From an uncultured Chloroflexia bacterium (lineage in GTDB: Bacteria > Chloroflexota > Limnocylindria > Limnocylindrales > CSP1-4): 64,000 bases of DNA. The notes below the pieces were generated by a model that searched no databases, was not told where the DNA came from, and was given only the letters and a program-made list of their open reading frames with translations. Positions 18,186-28,837 of the stretch are shown here, piece after piece (position 1 is the first letter of the stretch; the number at the start of each line of letters is the position of its first letter). The stretch is from positions 96,001 to 160,000 of the forward strand of contig CAVYIM010000006.1 of assembly GCA_963768655.1 (NCBI GenBank). The letters are read 5' to 3'. The translations under genes and the position numbers were made by a program.

Positions 18186-19283
18186 ATGATCGGGCACGGG
18201 GCGGTTCTTTCCAGGGTCATCAGGGCGGCTGTCGTCGGCGGGCTGGTGGCGTCAGTCGCGGCTTGCTCGTCGAGCGGCGGCACCACGCCGCCGACGACGC
18301 TACCGACGCCGGTGGGGAGCCAGACCGCGGCGCCGGTAGCGAGCCAGACCGCGACGCCGGTGGCGAGCTGCGCCTGCTCCACGCCCACCGCGGTCGCGCC
18401 GAGCGCAAGTGCGACCGCCAACCCGACGGCTGCGATTCGGAGCGGCACCGTCGTTGCCTGGGGCGACGACAGTCAGGGCCAGACGAAAGTCTCCGCGGGC
18501 CTCGCGGGCGTGGTGGCGATCGCGGCCGGTGACGAGTTCAGCCTGGCCTTGAAATCCGACGGCACCGTCGTTGCCTGGGGCGCGAACGACTCCGGCCAGG
18601 CCACTCCGCCGGCTGGACTGACGGGAGTGGTCGCGATTTCGGGCGGGAGCTCGCACGCTATCGCGCTGAAGTCCGACGGGACGGTCGTAGGTTGGGGCGA
18701 CAACTCCAGCGGCCAGGCCAAGCCTCCGGCCGGCCTCGCCTCGGTCGAGGCCATCTCGGCGGGCGGAGACCACAGCCTCGCCCTCAAGTCGGACGGAACC
18801 GTGGTCGCCTGGGGATCGGACGCGAACGGCGAAACCGATGTCCCAGCCGGCCTTCATGACGTCATCGCCATCTCGGCCGGTTACGACTACAGTCTGGCGC
18901 TGCTCAAGGGTGGGACCGTCGTCGCCTGGGGCGACAAGTATCCGACCGACTCGTCGATAAGCCTGGTCAAGGTGCCGAGCGGGCTCTCGGGCGTGACGGC
19001 CATCTCGGCCGGCTACTACCACAGCCTGGTTCTCAAGTCGGACGGAACCGTCACCGGCTGGGGCCAGGACGCGGACGGCGCGGTGACGGCCCCCAAGGGC
19101 CTCACGGGCGTCACGGCCGTGGCCGCCGGCGGCAACTTCAGCCTGGCGCTCAAGTCGGACGGGAGCGTTACAGGCTGGGGGTCGAACTCGGACGGCTGTC
19201 TGACGTTCCCGGCCACGCTCAAGAACGTCATTGCCATAGATGCCGGCGGAGCCTTTGCGCTGGCGATCGTTCAAACCTCGTGA
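18186..19283 (+). CDS. RCC1/BLIP-II repeat lipoprotein
   Basis: VAAC lipobox; repeated SLALKSDGTVVAWG; GGAGGAGG RBS. Confidence 0.85.
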   Translation: MIGHGAVLSRVIRAAVVGGLVASVAACSSSGGTTPPTTLPTPVGSQTAAPVASQTATPVASCACSTPTAVAPSASATANPTAAIRSGTVVAWGDDSQGQTKVSAGLAGVVAIAAGDEFSLALKSDGTVVAWGANDSGQATPPAGLTGVVAISGGSSHAIALKSDGTVVGWGDNSSGQAKPPAGLASVEAISAGGDHSLALKSDGTVVAWGSDANGETDVPAGLHDVIAISAGYDYSLALLKGGTVVAWGDKYPTDSSISLVKVPSGLSGVTAISAGYYHSLVLKSDGTVTGWGQDADGAVTAPKGLTGVTAVAAGGNFSLALKSDGSVTGWGSNSDGCLTFPATLKNVIAIDAGGAFALAIVQTS

Positions 19284-19302
19284 CGACGGAAGAAGGGTGA
19301 CA

Positions 19303-20100
19303 ATGCGCCAGATCAAGGCCCGTCTCGCAAATCGCGCGCCGCTCGACCTGTCCACGCTCGATGAGCGGGCCCTGATGGGGTGCATCGACCACTCGCTGCT
19401 TCGACCGGAGCTGACCCGGGCCGAGGTCGAGGCCGGCGTCGACCTGGCGATCGAATGGGAGACGGCCACGGTCTGCTGCCGGCCGGCCGACCTGCCGCTG
19501 GTGGTGTCGCGGCTGCGGCGGACGGTCGTCGGCCCGACCACGGTGATCGGTTTCCCGCACGGCGCGCACATGCCCAACATCAAGGAGCGTGAGGCGCTCG
19601 TGGCGGTCGACCAGGGCGCCGTCGAGCTGGACGTGGTGATCAACATCGGAGCGCTCCGATCCGGCGATCTCGGGTACGTGCGTGACGAGCTGGCCGGCCT
19701 CGTCTACGCAGTGGCACCGACGCCGGTGAAGGTGATCCTCGAGACCGCGTATCTCACTCCCGATCAGGTCGAGGCCGGCTGTCGCGTGGCGATCGAGGCG
19801 CGCGCCGCGTTCGTCAAGAACGGGACGGGCTACTCGCCACGGGGCGCCGATGCCGGTGAGATCGCCCTCATGCGCCGCGTCGTCGGCGACCGCGTCGGAG
19901 TCAAGGCCGCGGGTGGCGTGCGGACGCTGGACGCGATGCTGCTGATGCTGGCCGCCGGCGCGTGCCGTGTCGGGGCCACCGCTACGGCCGCGATCGGAAC
20001 GGAGTGGCGCGCCCGCGGTCCTGAGGCGGTCAAGGCCATTCTCGCAGCCGGTCCCACCGCGAAGATTGCGGCTGGGCCGTCCGCGGGCGACGAGGAGTAG
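19303..20100 (+). CDS. deoC: Deoxyribose-phosphate aldolase
   Basis: IDHSLLRP, VIGFPHG, ELDVVINIG, KVILET, FVKNGTG, VKAAGGVR. Confidence 0.92.
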   Translation: MRQIKARLANRAPLDLSTLDERALMGCIDHSLLRPELTRAEVEAGVDLAIEWETATVCCRPADLPLVVSRLRRTVVGPTTVIGFPHGAHMPNIKEREALVAVDQGAVELDVVINIGALRSGDLGYVRDELAGLVYAVAPTPVKVILETAYLTPDQVEAGCRVAIEARAAFVKNGTGYSPRGADAGEIALMRRVVGDRVGVKAAGGVRTLDAMLLMLAAGACRVGATATAAIGTEWRARGPEAVKAILAAGPTAKIAAGPSAGDEE

Positions 20101-20308
20101 GAGTCGGGGCGACGACCCTGGACCCACGGGGCAGGTGCTCCGCCGGACTGTGCTCCTGAAGAAAGGTACTTTCGAGTGCGGGGAGGGAACCAAAGGACCT
20201 GCGGGGAGGGCACTCACATAGGCCCATGCGGCCAACTACACTGCAGCGGGCGTCCCGCCCAATAGAGTCGGGTTTCACTGTGCTCAAGCAGGGGTCGGGA
20301 GACGGCAA

Positions 20309-23300
20309 ATGCGTGACCGGATGTTGCGCCTCGGGTTCGCCGCGGCGTTTGTTGCTTCGCTGCTGATCGTGCAGGCGGGCCAGGCGCTGGCCACCGCCCC
20401 GAGCTCGGCGCCAACAATCAAGAGCCCGGCCAATGGCTCGAACGTAGGTAACGCCAACCCCACGCTGTCCTGGGGGGCCGTCGGCAACGCCGTCTACTAT
20501 CACGTCCAGATCTCGACGTCCGCCACCTACTCCTCGCCGATCTACGACGTGGAGACGTCCGCCCTGCAGGCCACGCCGCCGAGCCTCCTGCCGTTCTCGA
20601 CCCTGTACTGGCGCGTGGCCGGCGAGGACTCCTCCCACGCCCTCGGCCCCTACGCCACCGCCTCGTTCACCAAGAGCCTCTCATCGGCGCCGGTGACGCT
20701 GACTCCGACCAACGGCCAGACGCTCGTATTCCCGACGAACCCCATCCTCTTTTCGTGGCAACCCGTGCCTGGCGCTATTTCTTACACGCTCCAGATAGGC
20801 AACTCCTCCGACTTCACCAGCAACCCCGTTCAATACCAGACCTCCAACACCTCCTACACGCTGACCGACACGCAATCGTTCACGGAGAGTGACGGGGTCA
20901 CGCCCCAGTCGTGGTGGTGGGAAGTCCAGGCCAACTACGCGAACGCTTCGGTCACGCAGTGGTCCACTCCCCAGAGCTACCAGATCTCATGGCCGGCTAC
21001 GCCGCAGCTGGAGAGCCCGAGCAACGGGGCGGTGGGCGTCACGGATACGGTCTTCTCCTGGGATCCGGTCCTCGGGGCTGCCAGCTACGACATCCAGGTC
21101 AGCTCAAACGGCGACTGGCAAAACGGTCTGGTCATCTATCAGACGTCGGTGTTCGGCACGCGTTTCGCGCCGGACCAGACCCTGAACAACGCCTCGTATT
21201 ACTGGCGAGTCCGGGCCCGCGCAGCCGGTAGCGCCACGAACTACGGTCAGTGGTCCACGCCCTTCACCTTCACCCGATCGTGGTCATCGCGACCCGTCCC
21301 GCTCAGGCCTCTTTGGGCGGGCGGTTCGGCCGATCCGCCCATTGTCGGCACGCTGGAATTGAGCTGGACTCCCGCCGCGGCCGGCGGCCCCGGTTGGGTC
21401 GATCATGCCTCGCACTACGACGTGGAGATCGGCACCGATCTCAACTTCTCCCCCGGCACGTACACGTCGTGCATGACCGATCAGACGACCTTCACGCCCT
21501 ACAACCCCGTGATCGGAGGGAACGAACCGGGCTCGTGCAATGGAGGTCCATCGCTCACTATCGGTACCATCTACTACTGGCGCGTTCAGGGCATCGATGG
21601 TCCGGCCGGAGTCCTCGGCCTCTGGGACAGCACTGACTCGTCCAACACCCAGCGGTTCATCTACCAGCCATCTCTGCCCGACCTCTCATGCGGACCGGCG
21701 AATGGGTCGACCGTCCAGACACCTGTGCTCTGCTGGTCGGCGGTCTCCGGGGCAGAGACATACCGCGTCACCATCCTCAACCACAACGGCACGCAAGCAG
21801 ATGCGGCTACGACCTACGGCCTGACGTATACGCCGCTGCAGACTCTCAATCCCGCCAGCGGTCCGTTCACGTGGCACGTCGAGACGATCGACAGCCAGGG
21901 CGACGTGGGGTTGACTCAGGCGAGCTCGACCTGGCCATCCTTCAGTCTCACGACGCCGACGACCGACACTTCACTTTCGTTGCTGACCCCGGCCGACGGG
22001 GCGAGCGCCCTGCGTATGCCGTCGATGACCTGGACACCCTATACCGGAGCCTCCTACTACGAGGTCCTGGTCGGAGTGACCTCGGGGATCTTCGACGCAA
22101 CTCCCCTCAGCGGCGGCACCCATCTCCCGTATGCGGGCTTCACGTACACGCAGGTGCCAAAGGCGGCGGCGAAGTACTACTGGGAGGTCGAGGCATTCGA
22201 CGCCGGGAACAACCTCCTGGGGACCAGTTCGGAGCGTTCGTTCTACGTGGGCACGACGCCCTCCTACGGCGACTGGATAATCCCCTGGAACGACTACCTC
22301 ACGCCGGAATGCCAGGCCCAGACCGATCCCAGCATCGCCCGGTGCACACCACTGCTGGGCCAGACCCAAGAGATGACCTGGACACCCGAACCCAATGCCG
22401 GCGCGTACCTCGTGTACGTCGCCAAGGACGTCAACTTCACCAACATCTATCGGGAATACGAGACGGGGCAGACATCCCTGACGCCGCGGGAATCGTGGCT
22501 GGACAGCCAGGCCGGCGAGTCCTACTACTGGTTCGTCCGTCCGTGTGTGGATTGGCAGGCCCAGCACTGCGGACCGGGGCCGGACACGAACGCCGGCCTC
22601 GACGACTCCAGCGCCTACCGGAAGTCGTCGCCGGCGGAGAACGGCCTGACAACGACAACGGCGGCCAATCCTCCGGTCGCGGCCACCACGATCCCAAATC
22701 AGGTGACCTTCAACTGGGCCGACTACATGACCACCAGTCAGGCGTCGCCATACCCGGTCACGGGCATGAACTCGACGCGTGTCACCCAGGAGGCAAAGCA
22801 GTACACGATCCAGGTCTCCACCGCCTCTGACTTCAGCAACATCATCGACACGCGGACGGTGGATCAGACCCAGTACACGCCCTGGACGGAGACGTATCCG
22901 GAGGGTCCGCTCTACTGGCGAGTGCAGGCTCTGGACGGCAGCGGGAACCCGCTGACGATGAGTGCCACCGGGACGGTGGTCAAAGCCTCGCCGCCTATCG
23001 CATTGACTTCGCCGGCCAACGCGGCCACCGTGACTGGCGTGCCCTACTTCACCTGGGCGCCCCAGACCTGGGCCGCCAAGTACACCATTGAGGTTTACAA
23101 GAACGGCGACCTGAATTTCTCCGCCAGCAATCTCATCTTCAGCGTCACGACCTTCATCGCAGCATGGTCGCCCACGGCGAACATGCCGGCCGGCGTCTAT
23201 GCCTGGCGCGTTCAGCGACTCGACGCCAGCAATCGCCCGGGTCCCTGGTCGACCGGACGTACGTTCACGCTCAAGCCGTCTGCGCCGACTCTCAACACGC

Positions 23301-25052
23301 CAGCTGATCAGGCCTTTCTCGATGGGATCAACATGGACTTCACCTGGTTGGGCGTTCAAGGCGCCGTGGCCTACCAGTTCCAATCGAGCACGGCGGCCGA
23401 CTTCAGCACTGGCATCGTCGAGAACCAGACGACCGTCATGACGGCCTGGTCACCGACAAGGCAGTACAGCGCAGGCGTCTACTACTGGCGCGTCAATCTC
23501 CTTGACGCCTCCAACAACGTCCTCAGCACCTCGAGCTCGCGCAAGTTCACAGTGGGCACGTTGCCGGGCGCGCCGACTGGCCCGACGGCAATCGCAGGGA
23601 ACACCGCGGCCACAGTATCGTGGACCGCCCCGAGCTCGAGCGGCAGTTCCACGATCACCGGGTACATCGTGACCAGCACGCCCGGCGGCAAGACCTGCAC
23701 CACCACCGGCGCGACCCACTGCACGGTGAGCGGCCTCACCAACGGCACCGCCTACACGTTCCACGTGCAGGCGATCACCAGCGTCGGTACCGGGCCGGCG
23801 TCGGCAGAGTCGAATTCTGTTGTCCCTTCGGCAGTGCCCGCCTCCACGTACCACGCCACGAGCCCCGCGCGGGTCCTGGACTCCCGACCCACAGGCTCGG
23901 GTCACACCAACATCGGACTATCCGGTAAGTTCACCGCAGGTACGGTCCGGACCTTCGCCGTGGCCGGCGTCATCGGCGTAGGGGCGAGCAGCGCCGCCGT
24001 ACCGACCGACGCCACCGCGGTCACGGGCAACCTCACCATCGTGAACGAGACCGCCCCCGGAGTAGTCGCCCTGGGACCGACCATGACCGCCAGCGGTGCC
24101 ACTACCACGATCAACTTCGTCAAGGGCGACATCCGGGCCAACAACGTGACTCTCGCTCTTGGAGCCGGAGGCAAGCTCTCGGCGGTCTATCGCTCGGCTA
24201 CCGGCGGAGCCACGATCGATCTCATCTTCGATGTCACAGGCTTCTTCACCCCCGATACGAGCGGCGCCACCTATCACGTCCTGACACCGGGCCGGATCCT
24301 CGATACCAGACCGACCGGCTCGGGTCACACCAACATCGGTCTTGCGGGTAAGTTCGCCAACAAGAGTGTCCGGACCTTCGCGATCGCAGGCGTCAAGGCC
24401 CTGGGCTGGACGTCCGCCCTGGTACCGTCGGCTGCCACCGCTGTCACCGGCAACCTGACCGTGACCGATGCCAGCTCTATCGGCTATGTCTCGGTCGGTC
24501 CCACGATCGCGGCCGTACCCTCGACCTCGACTCTCAACGTCGCCGCCGGAGCCACCGTCGCCAACGGTGTCACCGTGGCCCTCAAGAGCGGCAAGCTAGA
24601 GGCCGTCTGGGATGGCACGGCCGGATCATCGGCCGATGTCATCTTCGATGTCACCGGCTACTTCACCGCAGGGACCGGTGGTCTGTCCTACTACCCGATC
24701 ACACCGGTCCGGGTTCTCGACTCCTCGGTCAGTCTCGGCCTGTCGGGTACCTTCGCGAGCCGGAGCGCGAGACTCTTCACCATCGGCGGTACTGGCGGTG
24801 TCCCAACTGGCGCCGCCGGCATCAGCGGCAACCTGACCGTGCTCAACCCATCATCGGCGGGCTGGGCTCTGGTATCACCCGAGATCGTCGCCACTCCGAC
24901 CACCTCTACCCTCAACGTCGCGTCCGGACACAGTGAGGCCAACGGCTTCGATGTCGCTCTGGGGCTCATCGGGTCACGTCGCTCTCGAATGGGCCGGCAC
25001 CACCGGCTCCAGCGCCAACATCGCTCTCGACGTCACCGGGTATTGGAAGTAG
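20309..25052 (+). CDS. Large secreted protein with many fn3-like repeats and the shared C-terminal triple-repeat module; +1 frameshift at ~24962
   Basis: Signal peptide; YYWRV repeats; the paralog-matching end ...DVTGYWK* at 25050-25052 is out of frame by one extra G. Confidence 0.8.
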
Positions 25053-25477
25053 GGCAGGGGGCGGCGGCCGTTTGGAGGCTCGTCCACTCTCCGGCGCCGG
25101 AGCTGGTTTCACGCGCGGCAAACAGAAGTCTCCTGAGCCTGCCTGACACGTGGGGCCTCGCGGACCGCGATGGCCGCGGCGTGGCGGCCCGGCCGACGGC
25201 GATCGGCCGCCAGATCGGGCCGTTTCCTCTCAGAACGGTGGCGCCATCGCGTACCAAGGCCCAACCCCGGGAGTCGGCGTCCCGGCTGCCTGGGCCGGGA
25301 CCGGTCGGGGTATGGTTGAGTCGAGTGGTACTATCCGATGGTCGTGCCTGTGTCGCGACAGCGAGGTGTTTCCGCGGCAGGCTCGATGTGTCGGGCCACG
25401 ATGGGGCCAGCTGGGGTTTGTTGTCCGGGCCGTGGCGTGCGCGAGCGCTTCTGCACACCCGGAGGAGGGAGAGGTAA

Positions 25478-28400
25478 ATGCGAGCGTCGCGCGTGGCGCG
25501 TTTGTGCGCGTCTGTCGTGCTCGGCCTGGTCGTCACAGCTTGTCTTGGCACCGCGGCGATGGGGGCTTCGTCGACCGCTGCAGGTCCTGGCCGCAGCCCT
25601 GCCCCCGCCGTAGCCGTAGCCCAGACTCCGACGATGACTCCGACGTTGTCCGCGACTCCGGGCCCCACGATCGCGCCCCCGTCGCGGGTGCCGGCCGCGA
25701 ACCCAAAATCGACGTCCGCTCGGCGGGCCGTTTGTCTTCCGCCCGGATGGAACCCGCCCCCGGCGTGGCCCGGTTGCCGGTCGAAAGCCAGGTCAGCAGC
25801 GACCGCTCCGTCGACCGTGACGAGTCCAGTCGCCGCGACCGTGGGCACCGCGATCCAGGGCACGGTCACCGGGACCGGCGGGACGCCGCTCGCGGACATC
25901 GAAGTCGACGTGACGGGAGCCGGCGACTGGGGCTACGAGGGCGCAACGGGTACCGCCGCTGACGGAACCTACCTGGTGCATGTCCCTCCCGGCTCCTACA
26001 CGCTGTACTTCTTCGACGGGAGCAGCGCGTACCTCAGCGGCTACTACTACAGCAGCGGCAGCGGCCATTTCTCCGTCAATGAGGCGTCGCCTGTAAAGGT
26101 GACAACCACGGATGTGACCGGGATCAACGTACAGCTCGGGATCGGCCATTTCGTCAAGGGCACGGTCACCGGGACTGGCGGAACGCCGCTCGCGGACGTC
26201 GAAGTCGATGTGAGCTCGGTGAGCGACTCCGGCTACGACGGCTCGACGTGGACCGCCTCGGACGGAACCTACTCGGTGGACGTCCCTCGCGGCTCCTACA
26301 CCGTGTACTTCTATGACTGGATGGACACGTACCTCAATGGGTACTACAGCAGCGGCGGGTTCACCCTCGACGAGGACTCGGCCACGCCCGTAAAGGTGAC
26401 AACCTCGGATGTTACCGGCATCGACGTGCAGCTCGAGACCGGCCAGTTCATCACGGGCACGGTCACAGGGACCGGTGGAACGCCCCTCGAGGACGTTGAC
26501 GTCGAAGCGGACTCGATGAGCTACCTCGCCTCGGGCGAGACTGACTCGGACGGCTCCTACTGGCTCCTCGTCCCTCCCGACACCTACGAGCTCTACTTCT
26601 CCGACGGGAGCGGCCTGTACCTCAGCGGGTACTACAGCAGCAGCGCCAGCGGCCACTTCACCGTCGATGAAGGGTCGGCCACGCCGGTGACCGTGACAAC
26701 CTCAGACGTGACCGGGATCAACGTCCGGCTTGGGACAGCCCACTTCATCATGGGCACGGTCACTGGGACCGACGGGACGCCGCTGTCGGACTTCGAAGTC
26801 GATGCGTACACGGCCGGTTACGCCTACGACGGCTCGACGACGACGGCCTCGGATGGGACCTACTCGATCGACGTCCCTGCCGGCTCCTACACCGTGTACT
26901 TCTACGACGGGAGCGGCACGTATTTCAGCGGCTACTACAGTAGCAGCGGATTTACCCTCGACGAGGACTCGGCCACGCCGGTGAAAGTGACAACCTCGGA
27001 TGTGAGCGGGATCGACGTCCAAATAGGCGAGCAGTACGGCCTCGCGCAACTGATTCTCACCCCCGTGAACGCGACCATGACCGCCAGTGGGAGCCAGAGC
27101 TACACGGCTGAAGGCTACGACGTGTATGGGGACGACCTGGGCGACATGACCCCGGACACGACCTTCAGCATCAGCGGTGATGGCTCCTGCACCGGTGCCT
27201 ACAAAGAGACTGCGGTTTGGGTAGTCTCATGCACGTCGACAGTGGCAGGCGTCCACACGATCACCGGCACTGATGGCGCTGCCCAGGGAAAGGCCACGCT
27301 GCACGTCAGCTCGGCCCCGGCGACGAACCTCGTGGTCGCCGGTCTTCCGAGTCCGTGCTCGGGCGGTGTCGCCCGCAGCCTGACGGTCACCGCGAAAGAC
27401 CCATACGGAAACTCAGCCACCTCCTATCGCGGCACGGTCCACCTCTCCAGCACCGACCCGGCAGCCGTCCTGCCCGCGGACTACACCTTCACCGCCGCCG
27501 ACAAGGGAGTCCACACCTTCGGCGTCACTCTCAAGACCAATGGCCCGCAGTCGGTGACCGCGACCGACATTGCAGTGACCAGCATCACAGGCTCCCAGAC
27601 GAATGTCCTCGTGACGGGGTCGGCCTCCTCATATACCCCCATCAGCCCGCGTCGGGTTCTCGACTCCCGGCCCACCGGGTCGGGTCACACCAACATCGGC
27701 CTGGCGGGTAAGTTCACCGCCGGCACGGTCCGTAAGTTCACCGTCGCCGGAGCGGAGTATGTCGGGGGTGGGAGCGCTGCAGCCATCCCGACCAATGCCG
27801 TGGCGGTGACAGGCAACCTCACGGTCGTGGGTGAGACCGCGCCAGGCGTCATCGATCTGGGACCGACCGTGACCGCGACCGGGTCCACTGCCACTCTGGA
27901 CTTTGCCAAGGGCGACATCCGGGCCAACAACGTGACGATCGGTCTGGCCCCCGATGGCTCACTGGAGGCCGTCTATCGCAGCAGCACCGCCGCTGCGACG
28001 AGCGATCTCATCTTCGATGTCACAGGCTACTTTGTCCCCGGCAGCGGTGGTGCTACCTATCACTCCCTGGCTCCGGGTCGAGTCCTCGATACCAGACCGT
28101 CCGGTGGTGGAGTGACCCACATCGGCGGCCTGTCCAAGCTGTCCAACCGGACCGTCAAGAGCTTCCCGGTGGCCGGCGTAAAGGCCCTGGGCTGGTCATC
28201 CGCCCTCGTACCCTCGAGCGCCACCGGCGTGACCGGCAACCTGACCGTGACCGGGGCCACGAGTGCCGGCTTTGTCTCACTTGGTCCGACCATGACCGCC
28301 TCACCCTCGACCTCCAGCGTCAACGTCACGGCCGGCTCGACCGTTGCCAATGGCGTGACCGTAGCCCTGAAGTGCGGGAAGCTAGCGGTGGTCTGGTGCG

Positions 28401-28837
28401 GCACCGCAGGCTCATCGGCCAATGTCATCTTCGATGTCACGGGCTACTTCACGGCTGGCTCGGGTGGTCTGTCCTACTACGCGATCGCACCGGTCCGCAT
28501 CCTCGATTCCTCCAAGTCCATCGGTCTGTCCGGTACCTTCGCCAGCGGCACGGCAAGACTCTTCACCATCGGTGGTACTGCGGGTGTCCCAACTGGCGCC
28601 GCCGGTATCAGCGGCAACCTGACCGTGCTATCTCCCTCCTCCGCTGGCTGGGCTCTGGTATCACCTGAGATCGTCGCCACTCCGACCACCTCGACCCTCA
28701 ACGTCGCCTCCGGACACAGTGAGGCCAACGGCTTCGACGTCGCTCTGGGAGCCTCCGGTCACGTCGCTCTCGAGTGGGCCGGCACCACCGGCTCCAGCGC
28801 CAACATCGCTCTCGACGTCACCGGGTATTGGAAGTAG
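25478..28837 (+). CDS. Secreted protein with four ~100-aa carboxypeptidase-regulatory-like repeats and the shared C-terminal module
   Basis: Repeated GTVTGTGGTPL.D.EVD...DGTY...P.GSYT; PxRxLDxR / DVTGYF tail. Confidence 0.8.
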   Translation: MRASRVARLCASVVLGLVVTACLGTAAMGASSTAAGPGRSPAPAVAVAQTPTMTPTLSATPGPTIAPPSRVPAANPKSTSARRAVCLPPGWNPPPAWPGCRSKARSAATAPSTVTSPVAATVGTAIQGTVTGTGGTPLADIEVDVTGAGDWGYEGATGTAADGTYLVHVPPGSYTLYFFDGSSAYLSGYYYSSGSGHFSVNEASPVKVTTTDVTGINVQLGIGHFVKGTVTGTGGTPLADVEVDVSSVSDSGYDGSTWTASDGTYSVDVPRGSYTVYFYDWMDTYLNGYYSSGGFTLDEDSATPVKVTTSDVTGIDVQLETGQFITGTVTGTGGTPLEDVDVEADSMSYLASGETDSDGSYWLLVPPDTYELYFSDGSGLYLSGYYSSSASGHFTVDEGSATPVTVTTSDVTGINVRLGTAHFIMGTVTGTDGTPLSDFEVDAYTAGYAYDGSTTTASDGTYSIDVPAGSYTVYFYDGSGTYFSGYYSSSGFTLDEDSATPVKVTTSDVSGIDVQIGEQYGLAQLILTPVNATMTASGSQSYTAEGYDVYGDDLGDMTPDTTFSISGDGSCTGAYKETAVWVVSCTSTVAGVHTITGTDGAAQGKATLHVSSAPATNLVVAGLPSPCSGGVARSLTVTAKDPYGNSATSYRGTVHLSSTDPAAVLPADYTFTAADKGVHTFGVTLKTNGPQSVTATDIAVTSITGSQTNVLVTGSASSYTPISPRRVLDSRPTGSGHTNIGLAGKFTAGTVRKFTVAGAEYVGGGSAAAIPTNAVAVTGNLTVVGETAPGVIDLGPTVTATGSTATLDFAKGDIRANNVTIGLAPDGSLEAVYRSSTAAATSDLIFDVTGYFVPGSGGATYHSLAPGRVLDTRPSGGGVTHIGGLSKLSNRTVKSFPVAGVKALGWSSALVPSSATGVTGNLTVTGATSAGFVSLGPTMTASPSTSSVNVTAGSTVANGVTVALKCGKLAVVWCGTAGSSANVIFDVTGYFTAGSGGLSYYAIAPVRILDSSKSIGLSGTFASGTARLFTIGGTAGVPTGAAGISGNLTVLSPSSAGWALVSPEIVATPTTSTLNVASGHSEANGFDVALGASGHVALEWAGTTGSSANIALDVTGYWK

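Noticed and set aside
20140-20250. c-di-AMP (ydaO) riboswitch before the giant surface protein
   Set aside because: Only a GGGAACCA-like word matches; the GGGGTGAAT and CCCGAA..GTCAGCTAAC elements are absent.
24965-25477. C-terminal extension of the 1722-aa ORF
   Set aside because: It results from the +1 frameshift; the paralogs show the true end at 25052.
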